The notes beneath the pieces are model-generated. The model did not search any database and had not been told where the DNA came from. It saw only the letters and a program-made list of their open reading frames with translations. Both the position numbers and the translations under genes were made by a program. Positions 26,380-35,306 of a stretch of DNA of 39,553 bases are shown here, one piece after another; within the stretch, counting starts at the first letter, position 1; each line of letters starts with the position of its first letter. Source of the DNA: a virus (lineage: Duplodnaviria > Caudoviricetes); IMG/VR virus record IMGVR_UViG_3300017747_002052, positions 1-39,553 of that record; one strand, written 5' to 3'.

Positions 26380-26395
26380 ACGCTATCACAGCGTT
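26380..26395 (-). promoter_or_regulatory. Conserved hairpin AACGCT-GTGAT-AGCGT upstream of the tail fibre SD
   Basis: Third copy of the leader motif. Confidence 0.65.
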
Positions 26396-26414
26396 TAAAT
26401 TAAATAGGTGTCCT

Positions 26415-26597
26415 ATGACAGACGACCAAATTATCAGAACTATTGTAACTGGTGTATCAATTCCATTACTTGCTTTACTGATTCAAAAGACCAGTACCCA
26501 TCGCGCCAAATGCAGGGAGCAAATATTTAGAGTTATTCCCTATAAAATTGGCTACTGGTTGGGCAAGTTGCGGTCTAGAGCTAACCGCGCTAGTTAA
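26415..26597 (+). CDS. Small antisense membrane protein (moron-like)
   Basis: AGGTG SD; TM IIRTIVTGVSIPLLALLI; opposite strand to the late operon. Confidence 0.5.
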   Translation: MTDDQIIRTIVTGVSIPLLALLIQKTSTHRAKCREQIFRVIPYKIGYWLGKLRSRANRAS

Positions 26598-28142
26598 CGC
26601 ACGTTGCGCCCAAGGTGTGTAAGCTAAAGAACCGCCCAATACACCGCCAGCAACTAAAGGACTGATAGCGCCAGCGCCTAACCCTGCACCAGTTAATAAT
26701 AGACGTTCAGGCGTTCCACTATCTCTAACCTTGTTCCCAAGTACGGTTTTTCCTGCTTCTGCATATTTTTGGTTTAGTGCTGAACCTCTGGCAAATGCAC
26801 CTTTATCTTTTGACCTATCACCAGCTTTAATCGCATTCAATAATTGATTAGGCGTGAAATTACCTTCTTCTGCCCCTAATGCTGCCATTGCTCGTTGAGG
26901 TTGCTTAAAGTTAGCCCACGCTTTGTTTGTCGCTTGCAACTCTTTAGCATTATCGCCTGCTTGACGTTGCAACATATCTCTTAATTCTTGTTGTGTTTGT
27001 TTAACGGCAGGCGCTATTTTTCTATCAAATACATTGGTTGATCTATTTAAATCACTAGCAACACGACCTAATTCACTTTCCAAATCTTTATAGGCTTGTG
27101 AGGTCATTACACCGTTTTCATCTCGTGATTGTTTAATAGTGTCTAATACGCTAAAGAATTCTAATTTTTTATCATTAGGCATCTTTACTTTATTGACCAT
27201 ATCCTCAAGATTAGCAATCTTGGCTGTGTATTGTTCATCGGGAATAACCGCACCTATTTTATTTAATACATCGTCGTATTTAGTTTTTAATGCGTTCTCA
27301 GTAAACACTAAAGCATCACGCCCTTGTATGCCTTTAGGAAGCTGTGCGCCAATAGGTTTTAATGCTTTATTTAATGCGCCTTTTTGAAACTGCTCGTTAG
27401 CGCGTGTTCTAGCGCCACTAACGAAACTACCTAATACAGGAACAGAGCTTAATGCTTCTTCTGCGCGATTAAATCCACCGCCTAACGTTTGACCGATAGT
27501 TGGCTGAACACCTTCTGTGCGTAGCATTTGAATTTGTGGATTAGTTGAAGCTCTTGGGCTAATCACACGACCTACAGCACTGGACACGCCTTGACCTAAC
27601 AAACTAGCACCAGCGCCTATTACGCCTTGTTTAGCTTTCTCTGTGCCAAAGTCTGCATTAGGGTCTGTCACAGGTTGTGATGCCACATTAATCGCAGCAC
27701 CACCACCAATCGCAGATAATGCTTTTTGTGCAGCCGTAGCGCCTACAGGAATTTTAGCTGCAATGGCTAAGTTAGTTGGACTTAATACATTTCCACCTAA
27801 ACGATACGCATCAAAACTGTTAGCTTCTGAACCTCTTCCTGCCTGATATTGTGATTCTTGCTCACTTAATTGTTGATTTAGTCCACCTTGAGGCAAACGA
27901 GAAACTAGTCCTGTTTTATCCGATAAATAATTATTAGCGAGATTAATTGCATTTTCTACGCCTTTAGGCGCGATATTGGCTAATAGTTGAGCACTTGCAT
28001 CAATTGGGTCACGAACGCCCTTTAGGAAGCGGTCTGTACGCGATAGAGAAGGTTTAGACGTGCCCATCACTTCATCAAGTGAATACGTTTTTTTGCTTGG
28101 TTCAGCACTCGCTAAAACTTCATCTAATTCGTAAGTAGCCAT
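26475..28142 (-). CDS. DNA ejection (internal virion) protein
   Basis: Large A/G-rich helical protein with Gly-rich hydrophobic segments, in the P22 gp16-like position. Confidence 0.65.
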   Translation of the reverse strand: MATYELDEVLASAEPSKKTYSLDEVMGTSKPSLSRTDRFLKGVRDPIDASAQLLANIAPKGVENAINLANNYLSDKTGLVSRLPQGGLNQQLSEQESQYQAGRGSEANSFDAYRLGGNVLSPTNLAIAAKIPVGATAAQKALSAIGGGAAINVASQPVTDPNADFGTEKAKQGVIGAGASLLGQGVSSAVGRVISPRASTNPQIQMLRTEGVQPTIGQTLGGGFNRAEEALSSVPVLGSFVSGARTRANEQFQKGALNKALKPIGAQLPKGIQGRDALVFTENALKTKYDDVLNKIGAVIPDEQYTAKIANLEDMVNKVKMPNDKKLEFFSVLDTIKQSRDENGVMTSQAYKDLESELGRVASDLNRSTNVFDRKIAPAVKQTQQELRDMLQRQAGDNAKELQATNKAWANFKQPQRAMAALGAEEGNFTPNQLLNAIKAGDRSKDKGAFARGSALNQKYAEAGKTVLGNKVRDSGTPERLLLTGAGLGAGAISPLVAGGVLGGSLAYTPWAQRALTSAVSSRPQLAQPVANFIGNNSKYLLPAFGAMGTGLLNQ

Positions 28143-29542
28143 TAATCTTCAAATGCCTTTCCGTTCCAACGTAGTGGCCCTTTAGGAGTTTGATACACTG
28201 TACCTTTTTTAAGCGTTAATGTGCTAGGTTTAGCAGGTAAAGGCATAGCCTCTACTTTAGGCATTGGTTCGCCTGTAGGCATAATCTGACCACCAGCTTT
28301 AGCTTTGGCACGCTCTACACCTGCTTTCATAATTCCTTGAAATTCTCTTGCAGCTTTTTGAAATTCTTCCTCACTTTGTGATGCGTCCATTCTAGCAATC
28401 GCATTTCCTGCTTTTGTGCCTTCAATATCCGTGATAGCGCCAGCACCTTTTAACGTTTCATAGGCTTGTAAGAATTGTTTGCCTTTTAACTGCTCTAAAC
28501 GCACATCAAAGTCTTTAGCGGAGGTGCCAGGAATATTTTGCACTCCAAACAAACGTGAACCGCCAACAGCCTGTTTAAAGCCTGGAGCTTTCAATAAATC
28601 ATCTACTAATTTAATTGAGTTGTTAGCCTCTGAAATAACATTAGGCAAGTTAATTTGTGATTTAGCTTGCGCCTCTGCGGTTAGTTTAGCAGTTTCCACT
28701 TGTCCAGCTTCTTGCGCTTTTGTTGGAATAGCAATACCTAATTGACGGCTAACATTTGCAATTTCTTTATCCAATTCAGGATTAGCGCCAGCACCGCCAG
28801 AACGTTGTTGTTCTTGCATCAATATTTGCATACGCTTATCATCACGACCGCGTTGCACTTGTGGTGTGATTTGTGGCAAGCCTAATGCAGGGTTAGCTTG
28901 TTCTGCTACTTGTCTAGCCGTAGTAACAACACCAGGAATGTCTGTATTGATATTATAGCCAGCCGTTGCTCTAGCTTCCGCCTCTTTCACTCCTCCACGA
29001 ACAATAGGGCTATCAGTAGATTTAATTATCGGTCTACCTTGAATATCTAAAGGTGTAAATTTACCTGTTCTATTGTCGTAACTTCCTAGCCCTTGCTCGG
29101 TAGCAATAGGCGTGAAATATGGGTCTGCACTATTTGCTTGAGGATATAGAGCTTTAATTGCTGCTTTGGGGTCTATTTTAAATAGTTGTGCTAATTCAGG
29201 ATTGGAGGCAGTAGCTTCTTCAATCGCCTTAGCTTGCGCCCTTTGCTGTTCAATCTCTTGCTCCATCCGCTGTTGTCTTAACTTGTTTAATTGAGCATTT
29301 TGCGCTTGTTGCCCCATTTGCGCTTGCAGTGCTTGTTGTTGCTGTACGCCTTGCAACCCTTGTATAGCGCCACGCCCAACGACTTGACCAAAGTTTTTGC
29401 TATTATTGTTTGCAAGAATACCTAGCCCAATATTGAATAATGGGTCTGATAACAGTCCTTGCATTTTAGTATTCCAAGGACTAGATTGTTGTGGGGTGTA
29501 TTGAGGGATTCCATATTGTTCCCCTGGCATAAAGCTATCCAT
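28142..29542 (-). CDS. DNA ejection (internal virion) protein
   Basis: GGAGG SD before the ATG at 29542; Q/A-rich; LKGAGAITD.EG motif; P22 gp20-like position. Confidence 0.65.
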   Translation of the reverse strand: MDSFMPGEQYGIPQYTPQQSSPWNTKMQGLLSDPLFNIGLGILANNNSKNFGQVVGRGAIQGLQGVQQQQALQAQMGQQAQNAQLNKLRQQRMEQEIEQQRAQAKAIEEATASNPELAQLFKIDPKAAIKALYPQANSADPYFTPIATEQGLGSYDNRTGKFTPLDIQGRPIIKSTDSPIVRGGVKEAEARATAGYNINTDIPGVVTTARQVAEQANPALGLPQITPQVQRGRDDKRMQILMQEQQRSGGAGANPELDKEIANVSRQLGIAIPTKAQEAGQVETAKLTAEAQAKSQINLPNVISEANNSIKLVDDLLKAPGFKQAVGGSRLFGVQNIPGTSAKDFDVRLEQLKGKQFLQAYETLKGAGAITDIEGTKAGNAIARMDASQSEEEFQKAAREFQGIMKAGVERAKAKAGGQIMPTGEPMPKVEAMPLPAKPSTLTLKKGTVYQTPKGPLRWNGKAFED

Positions 29543-29939
29543 TATTGCCTCCCATCCATGAACGATTACCAAAGTTTAAGCCTTGACCGCCCATGTAATT
29601 TTGTAGCGCACTTTGAATGTTAAAGCCTTGTGGCACTTGCGTAGCGATATTATCCCCACCAGCACTCCCAGAAATCATGCTTTGAGGGCTATAGCCTAAT
29701 AATCCACCATAAAGCGCATTAGACCCCATCTGAGTCATGCGGTTAATGTAAGGCTGTAGTGTGCCTGTTTGGTTTCCACTCATTGCAGTTCCGAATGGGT
29801 CTGAATACATCCCCATGTTAGGTGTTGCAGTAGGCTGACCTGTACCAGAGCTTAATCCTAAGTTCTGCACACCCCCTCTTGATTGAGGTAGAAACATTCC
29901 TGCTAAACCTAAGTGATTTGGAATATAGTTAGTAATCAT
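29535..29939 (-). CDS. Low-complexity G/M/Q/N-rich virion-associated protein
   Basis: GAGG SD; ejection module. Confidence 0.6.
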   Translation of the reverse strand: MITNYIPNHLGLAGMFLPQSRGGVQNLGLSSGTGQPTATPNMGMYSDPFGTAMSGNQTGTLQPYINRMTQMGSNALYGGLLGYSPQSMISGSAGGDNIATQVPQGFNIQSALQNYMGGQGLNFGNRSWMGGNNG

Positions 29940-29946
29940 ATCTACC

Positions 29947-30975
29947 TCAATTCAATAAACCGTATTTAACCATTTTGTAACCAGAAGGATGCGTACTCAC
30001 TGCCTCTGGAATTACTTTTTCTACCTCTTGCGCTAATACACCGCGTTCAGGCTTGCCAAATTTCTTATAGTCATAAACACCCAAGCCGCTTGCCAATTCA
30101 CCTACTTTTTTAATGTCTGTTTTTAATCTTTCATCAGAAAGAACCCCAAGCACCCCCCCTGCTACAGCGCCCCAAGGGCCAAATGATGACCCTGCTGCTG
30201 CCCCACCTAAAGCGCCCGCTAAAGGATTGCTACCACCGCCACCGCTTTGAGTTGTAGTGCCGCCTTGTCCAGTGCCCCCGCTAACAACTTGCCCATAACG
30301 TTGCAATTGCTCGTAAGGGAAGTTAGCAGCACCTTGAAATTGATTAGCAGCATTAGTTAAGTATTGTTGTGATAATCCTTGACGTTGCGCGCCAATGCCT
30401 TGTAGTTGCTGTGCATCAAGATAATCAGCCCCTGCCAATGGGATAGCTTGTCCTGCTGCATTTAATTGATTGCTACGCTCTTGCTGATAGTTTTGACCGT
30501 ACATCTGTGAAGCTGTATCGCCTAAGTTTCTGGTTAATAGCTCTTGATGCGCCGTACCACCAAAGTTCGGATTATTAAACTGAGAGTTAACGCGAGTCTG
30601 TACATCGCCTAACGCTTGATTTACATTCGCTTGTAGGTAAGGATTTGAGTTAGGATTTAGATAATCGCCATTAAGAGTATTGGTAATGTTTTGATTGGCA
30701 GCGTTAAGCGTTGGACTTCCTGCTAATGCTCGTTGTGTGCCTAGATTAAATCCAGCCTCTTGCTCAGGCGAAAATCCTGCAACCGTATCACCGTTATAGA
30801 ATTGATAAGGATTCTGAGTGACTTTTTGACCTAATTGAAGGTAATCTTTCAGATATGGCTGAACGCCACTCCAAGGCTCTGATTTTTGCGTTTGAGTATC
30901 ACCGCCACCTTTACCACCACCATAAAAGGTGAAGTAATCTATTAAGTCATCTAACCAATTAAATAAGGTTATCAT
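29947..30975 (-). CDS. gp7-like DNA ejection protein with a C-terminal peptidase S74-like (intramolecular chaperone) domain
   Basis: Leader + GGGKGGG; GPWGAVAGG hydrophobic segment; SDERLKTDI...GVLAQEVEKVIPEAV. Confidence 0.7.
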   Translation of the reverse strand: MITLFNWLDDLIDYFTFYGGGKGGGDTQTQKSEPWSGVQPYLKDYLQLGQKVTQNPYQFYNGDTVAGFSPEQEAGFNLGTQRALAGSPTLNAANQNITNTLNGDYLNPNSNPYLQANVNQALGDVQTRVNSQFNNPNFGGTAHQELLTRNLGDTASQMYGQNYQQERSNQLNAAGQAIPLAGADYLDAQQLQGIGAQRQGLSQQYLTNAANQFQGAANFPYEQLQRYGQVVSGGTGQGGTTTQSGGGGSNPLAGALGGAAAGSSFGPWGAVAGGVLGVLSDERLKTDIKKVGELASGLGVYDYKKFGKPERGVLAQEVEKVIPEAVSTHPSGYKMVKYGLLN

Positions 30976-30988
30976 TTGTTGCCTTTCA

Positions 30989-31004
30989 GCGTCATCTCGA
31001 CGTT
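30989..31004 (-). promoter_or_regulatory. Conserved hairpin AACGTC-GAGAT-GACGC upstream of the gp7-like gene
   Basis: Fourth copy, with compensatory stem changes. Confidence 0.65.
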
Positions 31005-31398
31005 AGAGAGGTTTAGTCATTGATATTTTACTATCATTAAACCCTTTTTTGTTTAAAACTTTTTCCCAACCTTTGCGCCCTGTAAATTCCATCACAGAGC
31101 AGCCGTTTTCTTTACCCCATGCGCTTACTGTTTCGATTAGAGTGTCTAACCATGTATCTAATTCGGTGCCAGTGACAAGCCATATTTTAACTGCTTTTAA
31201 TCGTTTGTACTCTACAATCTGAGTCACCATCACAGCCTTTGTTATCCCGTTATGCAATGCCCATAATTGAGCATCTTTGTTCTGTATCATAACATAAACA
31301 TCGTCTATGGTTATTCTATTGTATTCGCTTGTTAAAGCGCGGTCTAGTTCGTGTTTAACAAACTCCCAATACTTTAAATCTAGTCCTGTGCATATCAT
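31003..31398 (-). CDS. GNAT-fold virion assembly protein (P22 gp14-like position)
   Basis: AQLW...VTQI..Y...G..L..W...GC..ME..GRKGW.K.L...GF. Confidence 0.65.
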   Translation of the reverse strand: MICTGLDLKYWEFVKHELDRALTSEYNRITIDDVYVMIQNKDAQLWALHNGITKAVMVTQIVEYKRLKAVKIWLVTGTELDTWLDTLIETVSAWGKENGCSVMEFTGRKGWEKVLNKKGFNDSKISMTKPL

Positions 31399-31399
31399 A

Positions 31400-32095
31400 C
31401 TACTCAAAGTATAAATAACCGCCAAATATACAGGTTAACGGGTTAGTCGCCCATGTGGGATTAATAGATTTAATTTCTAAATAATCACCAGCCACTAGAG
31501 AAACACTTAACGCGTCATTATTAAATACACGCTCATTAGTGCTTACAGTTAACGTCTTAATCAAAGTGTCTGTAGTGTTATTTTTCCTAACATACAAACT
31601 CCACGATTCTGCTGTACCTGCTGTGCCTGAATAACAGTAAATCTCGGCAGATTTTAAAGTGCATGTTTTGCGTACATATATTTTGCTAATATTAGCCGTA
31701 GTCGTTGGCGCTTTAGGAAGCATGCCAAAATATATAGTTTGGGCATCTACAGGGCTAGAAGTTAAGGCTTGTACATTAATGCAGTAGCTTGATACGCCAT
31801 TCGTACCGTTTGTGCCGTTTGTTCCATTGGAACCTGCTTCGCCTTGAATCCCTTGCGCCCCTGTAGCCCCTGTAGAACCAGTTGCACCTGTAGAACCAGT
31901 TGCACCTGTAGAACCAGTTGCACCTGTAGAACCAGTTGCACCTGTTTCTCCTTTTAAGGATAACAGCCACTCAGCTTCTGTACCACTAAAACCGTTATTT
32001 ACTGCGACTTCATAAGCACTTAAACCACTGCCACCACCTTCACCTGAATTTTCGGTAATAAGTGCAATAATTCTTTGTTCTGGAATGTGACTCAT
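31400..32095 (-). CDS. Collagen-like repeat fibre protein
   Basis: [21 protein letters not shown] followed by (GATGST)n/(GTN)n Gly-X-Y repeats and a C-terminal beta domain. Confidence 0.8.
   Translation of the reverse strand: MSHIPEQRIIALITENSGEGGGSGLSAYEVAVNNGFSGTEAEWLLSLKGETGATGSTGATGSTGATGSTGATGSTGATGAQGIQGEAGSNGTNGTNGTNGVSSYCINVQALTSSPVDAQTIYFGMLPKAPTTTANISKIYVRKTCTLKSAEIYCYSGTAGTAESWSLYVRKNNTTDTLIKTLTVSTNERVFNNDALSVSLVAGDYLEIKSINPTWATNPLTCIFGGYLYFE
31869..31940. repeat. Perfect tandem repeat, 4 x 18 bp (CCTGTAGAACCAGTTGCA), encoding GATGST
   Basis: Seen directly. Confidence 0.95.
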
Positions 32096-32490
32096 ATTAA
32101 ATGCACACTCCCACCTTCTGACACTAAATCATAACTGGAATATTGTGTAGTCAATGCTTTAGTGGTTGTTCCGTCTATAGTTTCAGAACCGTCTGCGTCT
32201 ATAGTTACAGTATTTCCTGCTACTATCTTTTTCACACTTAATCGCTTTTGTTCCCATTGTAATGCAGGTAATAAATTAATAGTGATTGAACCACTTGTGC
32301 TATCACAAATGATAATTGCATCATTAATATCTTGCGTGTAAGGGCTGTCTGCACTTGTTATCCGTTTTACAGGGAATAGATACCCATCAGCACCCCGATT
32401 GATTTGATTTTCAATGCGTAAATAAGCCTGATATGATTGCGCTTTCTGATATTCAGCAGTCGCTAGCTCTTTAATGCTTATTTTGTCCAT
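32092..32490 (-). CDS. Tail-associated protein
   Basis: D.TSG.ITI.L.PA...KK....NTVTI...GSETIDG motif common in phage tail proteins. Confidence 0.7.
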   Translation of the reverse strand: MDKISIKELATAEYQKAQSYQAYLRIENQINRGADGYLFPVKRITSADSPYTQDINDAIIICDSTSGSITINLLPALQWEQKRLSVKKIVAGNTVTIDADGSETIDGTTTKALTTQYSSYDLVSEGGSVHLI

Positions 32491-33953
32491 TACTCTGAAC
32501 CATCCTGCATATACATTGCATCGACTTTATTCAATACACAATCGCCCACCATATTAAATTGCAATCTGTGCCAGCGACTAGACATAAGTAAATCAAACCT
32601 AGATTGACTCATAGACACCGTTTGACCTGTGGTTAAGGCATCGCCCTCACTGGCTTTAAAATAATGCGTCATAGTGGCGCTAGATGGACTGGAAAGCCAT
32701 GTAGGTTTAACTCGTTGCAATAAATAATAATTAGTATCATCGCCATAGTCACCAGTGGTGAAACTAGAATTGGTTGCAATCCCATCCAAGGTTAATAGTT
32801 CATGGCTAGTGTTAAATACAGCAGGAGCAATAGCACCACTAGTCCAGAATGGTGAATCCCAAGACAATGTTGATGGTATTGCGTCCCATGATGCAAAAGG
32901 GAATGTGTCCCAAGTAATGCCGCCAGCGATATACTCAAAGGCTGCCTCAATCATGCGGTCATCTCGACCCCATCTGTTTTCACGGTAATGATAGACTACA
33001 CATTGAGTTAAAGCACCGCTATTCCCAGCGATAGGGTAAAAGAAGTAAACGCGTGAGTTTACTCTGTCATGCAATGTTTTTATTTTATTAGCATAATCAA
33101 AATCTAATTCAGCATAAACAGTTTTTCTTACTGGCCCACCGATAGGCAAAGGTCTTGCACCGTCAAAACGCCAGAAGTCATCTGCTCCCATGAATAAATG
33201 CACAGGGTTATCCGATGTACCTATGTTCACAATAGCTTCTTGAGAGTTGCACCCTGCATCACCTGGTATCTCTTGCACATCCCAAATAATAGGAGCACCC
33301 ACATAAGTACCCAAGAACATGGAGCGTTCTTTGTAGAATACGATTTGTTCACCAAACCTTTTCATGCCATAGATACGACCAGGACTTGAGGTCAGATTAT
33401 TAGTAGCGCACTGAGTCGCAATGGATGGTGTCCAATCCGTATAATCGTTGATAGCAGAACACCACCAGCGGTTTGGGCTATCGCCATAGGTAGTTTCATC
33501 GGTATCAGCTATAAATACGAACCTTCCGACTGTTTCAACTAAACTAGCTTTGGGAGCCCCTGTAACATTTGCAAATGTTGTGGTGGTAGATTCTTGAAGT
33601 GTGTCTGTTTTGGCGACTGCTAGAGTCACATCTCCATATTGAGCATAACGCCAGTAATTATCTACTCCTAGCGCATAGTCCCCACCTACAGACCTTGTTC
33701 TATCTGCCCATGATGAACCAGATAATTCATAAAGTTTAGTGGTGGTTCCTGCTAATACCCTAAAAGAACCATCTAGCTTTTTAAGCGTCACTGCGCCATA
33801 ACAAGCAGAAGCAAGCGTGTCTACATTACCATCTTGTGCGCTTGGTGCAGCTTGCATGCCTTTCTCAGTTGGCACAAATGCGTCACAGTCAATTATCACA
33901 CCCTGTGATGTTTGGTCTGTGTCTGGTGCGTAACCGATAACAGGTGAAATCAT
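32490..33953 (-). CDS. Tail nozzle / packaged-DNA stabilisation protein (P22 gp10-like, beta-propeller)
   Basis: 487-aa beta-rich protein right after the adaptor. Confidence 0.7.
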   Translation of the reverse strand: MISPVIGYAPDTDQTSQGVIIDCDAFVPTEKGMQAAPSAQDGNVDTLASACYGAVTLKKLDGSFRVLAGTTTKLYELSGSSWADRTRSVGGDYALGVDNYWRYAQYGDVTLAVAKTDTLQESTTTTFANVTGAPKASLVETVGRFVFIADTDETTYGDSPNRWWCSAINDYTDWTPSIATQCATNNLTSSPGRIYGMKRFGEQIVFYKERSMFLGTYVGAPIIWDVQEIPGDAGCNSQEAIVNIGTSDNPVHLFMGADDFWRFDGARPLPIGGPVRKTVYAELDFDYANKIKTLHDRVNSRVYFFYPIAGNSGALTQCVVYHYRENRWGRDDRMIEAAFEYIAGGITWDTFPFASWDAIPSTLSWDSPFWTSGAIAPAVFNTSHELLTLDGIATNSSFTTGDYGDDTNYYLLQRVKPTWLSSPSSATMTHYFKASEGDALTTGQTVSMSQSRFDLLMSSRWHRLQFNMVGDCVLNKVDAMYMQDGSE

Positions 33954-34573
33954 GCTGCAATTACCCTCATAGCCGAACCTGAGAATTTACCACGCAAATC
34001 AACACGTTCAATTTGTCTGATAATATCACCAGCAACTGCAAGCCACTTAGCTTCTTGTTCTGCGTTTTTAATCACGCCATACGCCACACCCAAAGCCCCT
34101 GCTAGGTATAAATCAGGATGTGCCGTTAATAACCAATTCGTAGTATTGGATACGGACAATGCAGGAATCTTTGCATAGTAAAGTATCTTAATATCATTGG
34201 TGGTCACTTCGTCAGACAAGCGAATCTGGTCTGCCTCAATAGTGTAATAACGTGATGGACTGATGCTTGAATTGGTGAGAATAGGAAACTTCACATAAAA
34301 CTGCTCAGGCGGTAAGTATTCCAGCTCTATGGGAGTGTCGGTATCAATGTAGATGCGTCTAAGTTCTAAATAGTCTGTAGGAAGTGTTACAAGTCCGCTA
34401 GAAGGCGTTAAACTATCAGACGTTTCCATCTGTCTAGTTTTTAAGATGCGATTGAAACTTGCTTCTGCTAGGGTAATGAAGTCAGGAACAAGATTAGTTA
34501 AATTAGTGTCACCCGTGCGAGATAGCCAACTCATCACACTGGTTTGTAATTCGCTGTAATTAGTGATTGCCAT
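33950..34573 (-). CDS. Head-to-tail adaptor protein
   Basis: MAITNYSELQ....WL.R.D....PDFI.LAEA..NR.L...TNWLL..HPDLYL.GAL. Confidence 0.85.
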   Translation of the reverse strand: MAITNYSELQTSVMSWLSRTGDTNLTNLVPDFITLAEASFNRILKTRQMETSDSLTPSSGLVTLPTDYLELRRIYIDTDTPIELEYLPPEQFYVKFPILTNSSISPSRYYTIEADQIRLSDEVTTNDIKILYYAKIPALSVSNTTNWLLTAHPDLYLAGALGVAYGVIKNAEQEAKWLAVAGDIIRQIERVDLRGKFSGSAMRVIAA

Positions 34574-35306
34574 GTATCATCCAATCTTTTCGCTTGCCCT
34601 TAAAGTGTAAGACAAACACATCTTTGTTGTCTTTTTCACTCTCTGGTGTGTAATTATACTCTGCACAATCAAGTTCTAATAGCTTAAATTTAGCACTTTC
34701 AGCACACATTCTAACGCTTAACTGGTCACCCCACCACTGATGGGCAGATACAGGCATGGTTAAAAGTAGTTTATAAGCGTTTTTCCAAAATATCTTGTTA
34801 CGTGAAAACATAACGCCTGTATTATAAGGCATTATTTTAGCAACATCATTGCCATCACTATCAAAGATAGCACCATACCGCTTAGTAAGTGCCACATCAA
34901 AATCGTTATTAAATACACTGCGTAAATCTTTCTTCACTATTACATCGGTGTCTAGTGTTATCCACTCACCGTCTAAATCTGCTAAATGTTGCATTCTAAA
35001 CGTCATTAAAAGACCGTTATAAGGCTTTCTAATTACGCTAGAAACGCCTTTTATCTGTGGCGTGACCATATCAGTCATCTGAATGATAATCGCGTCAGGC
35101 ATTGCCTTTAACACGCTTTTAACCATCAATGTAGGTAATGTTAAATCCTCACCCACATGCAGAAAGGTTATTTTAACATTGGGTTGTTTAGGTACTTCGA
35201 TTGTATCGGGTACTTTAACGGCTGTTTGTTCAGTCGTTTGGCTAATACCATTAGACTTGCTTCCTGTTGCACTCTTGCTCGGCCTACCGCGTCTATGTTG
35301 AACCAT
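34560..35306 (-). CDS. GT-A fold glycosyltransferase (nucleotide-diphospho-sugar transferase)
   Basis: LDTDVIV (DxD), YNTGVMF, GDQ, YNY, VLHFKG.RK; GAGGTG SD before the ATG at 35306. Confidence 0.75.
   Translation of the reverse strand: MVQHRRGRPSKSATGSKSNGISQTTEQTAVKVPDTIEVPKQPNVKITFLHVGEDLTLPTLMVKSVLKAMPDAIIIQMTDMVTPQIKGVSSVIRKPYNGLLMTFRMQHLADLDGEWITLDTDVIVKKDLRSVFNNDFDVALTKRYGAIFDSDGNDVAKIMPYNTGVMFSRNKIFWKNAYKLLLTMPVSAHQWWGDQLSVRMCAESAKFKLLELDCAEYNYTPESEKDNKDVFVLHFKGKRKDWMIHGNH

Noticed and set aside
31776-31970. 64-aa ORF with CNWFYR repeats
   Set aside because: It is an alternative-frame shadow of the 18-bp collagen repeat.
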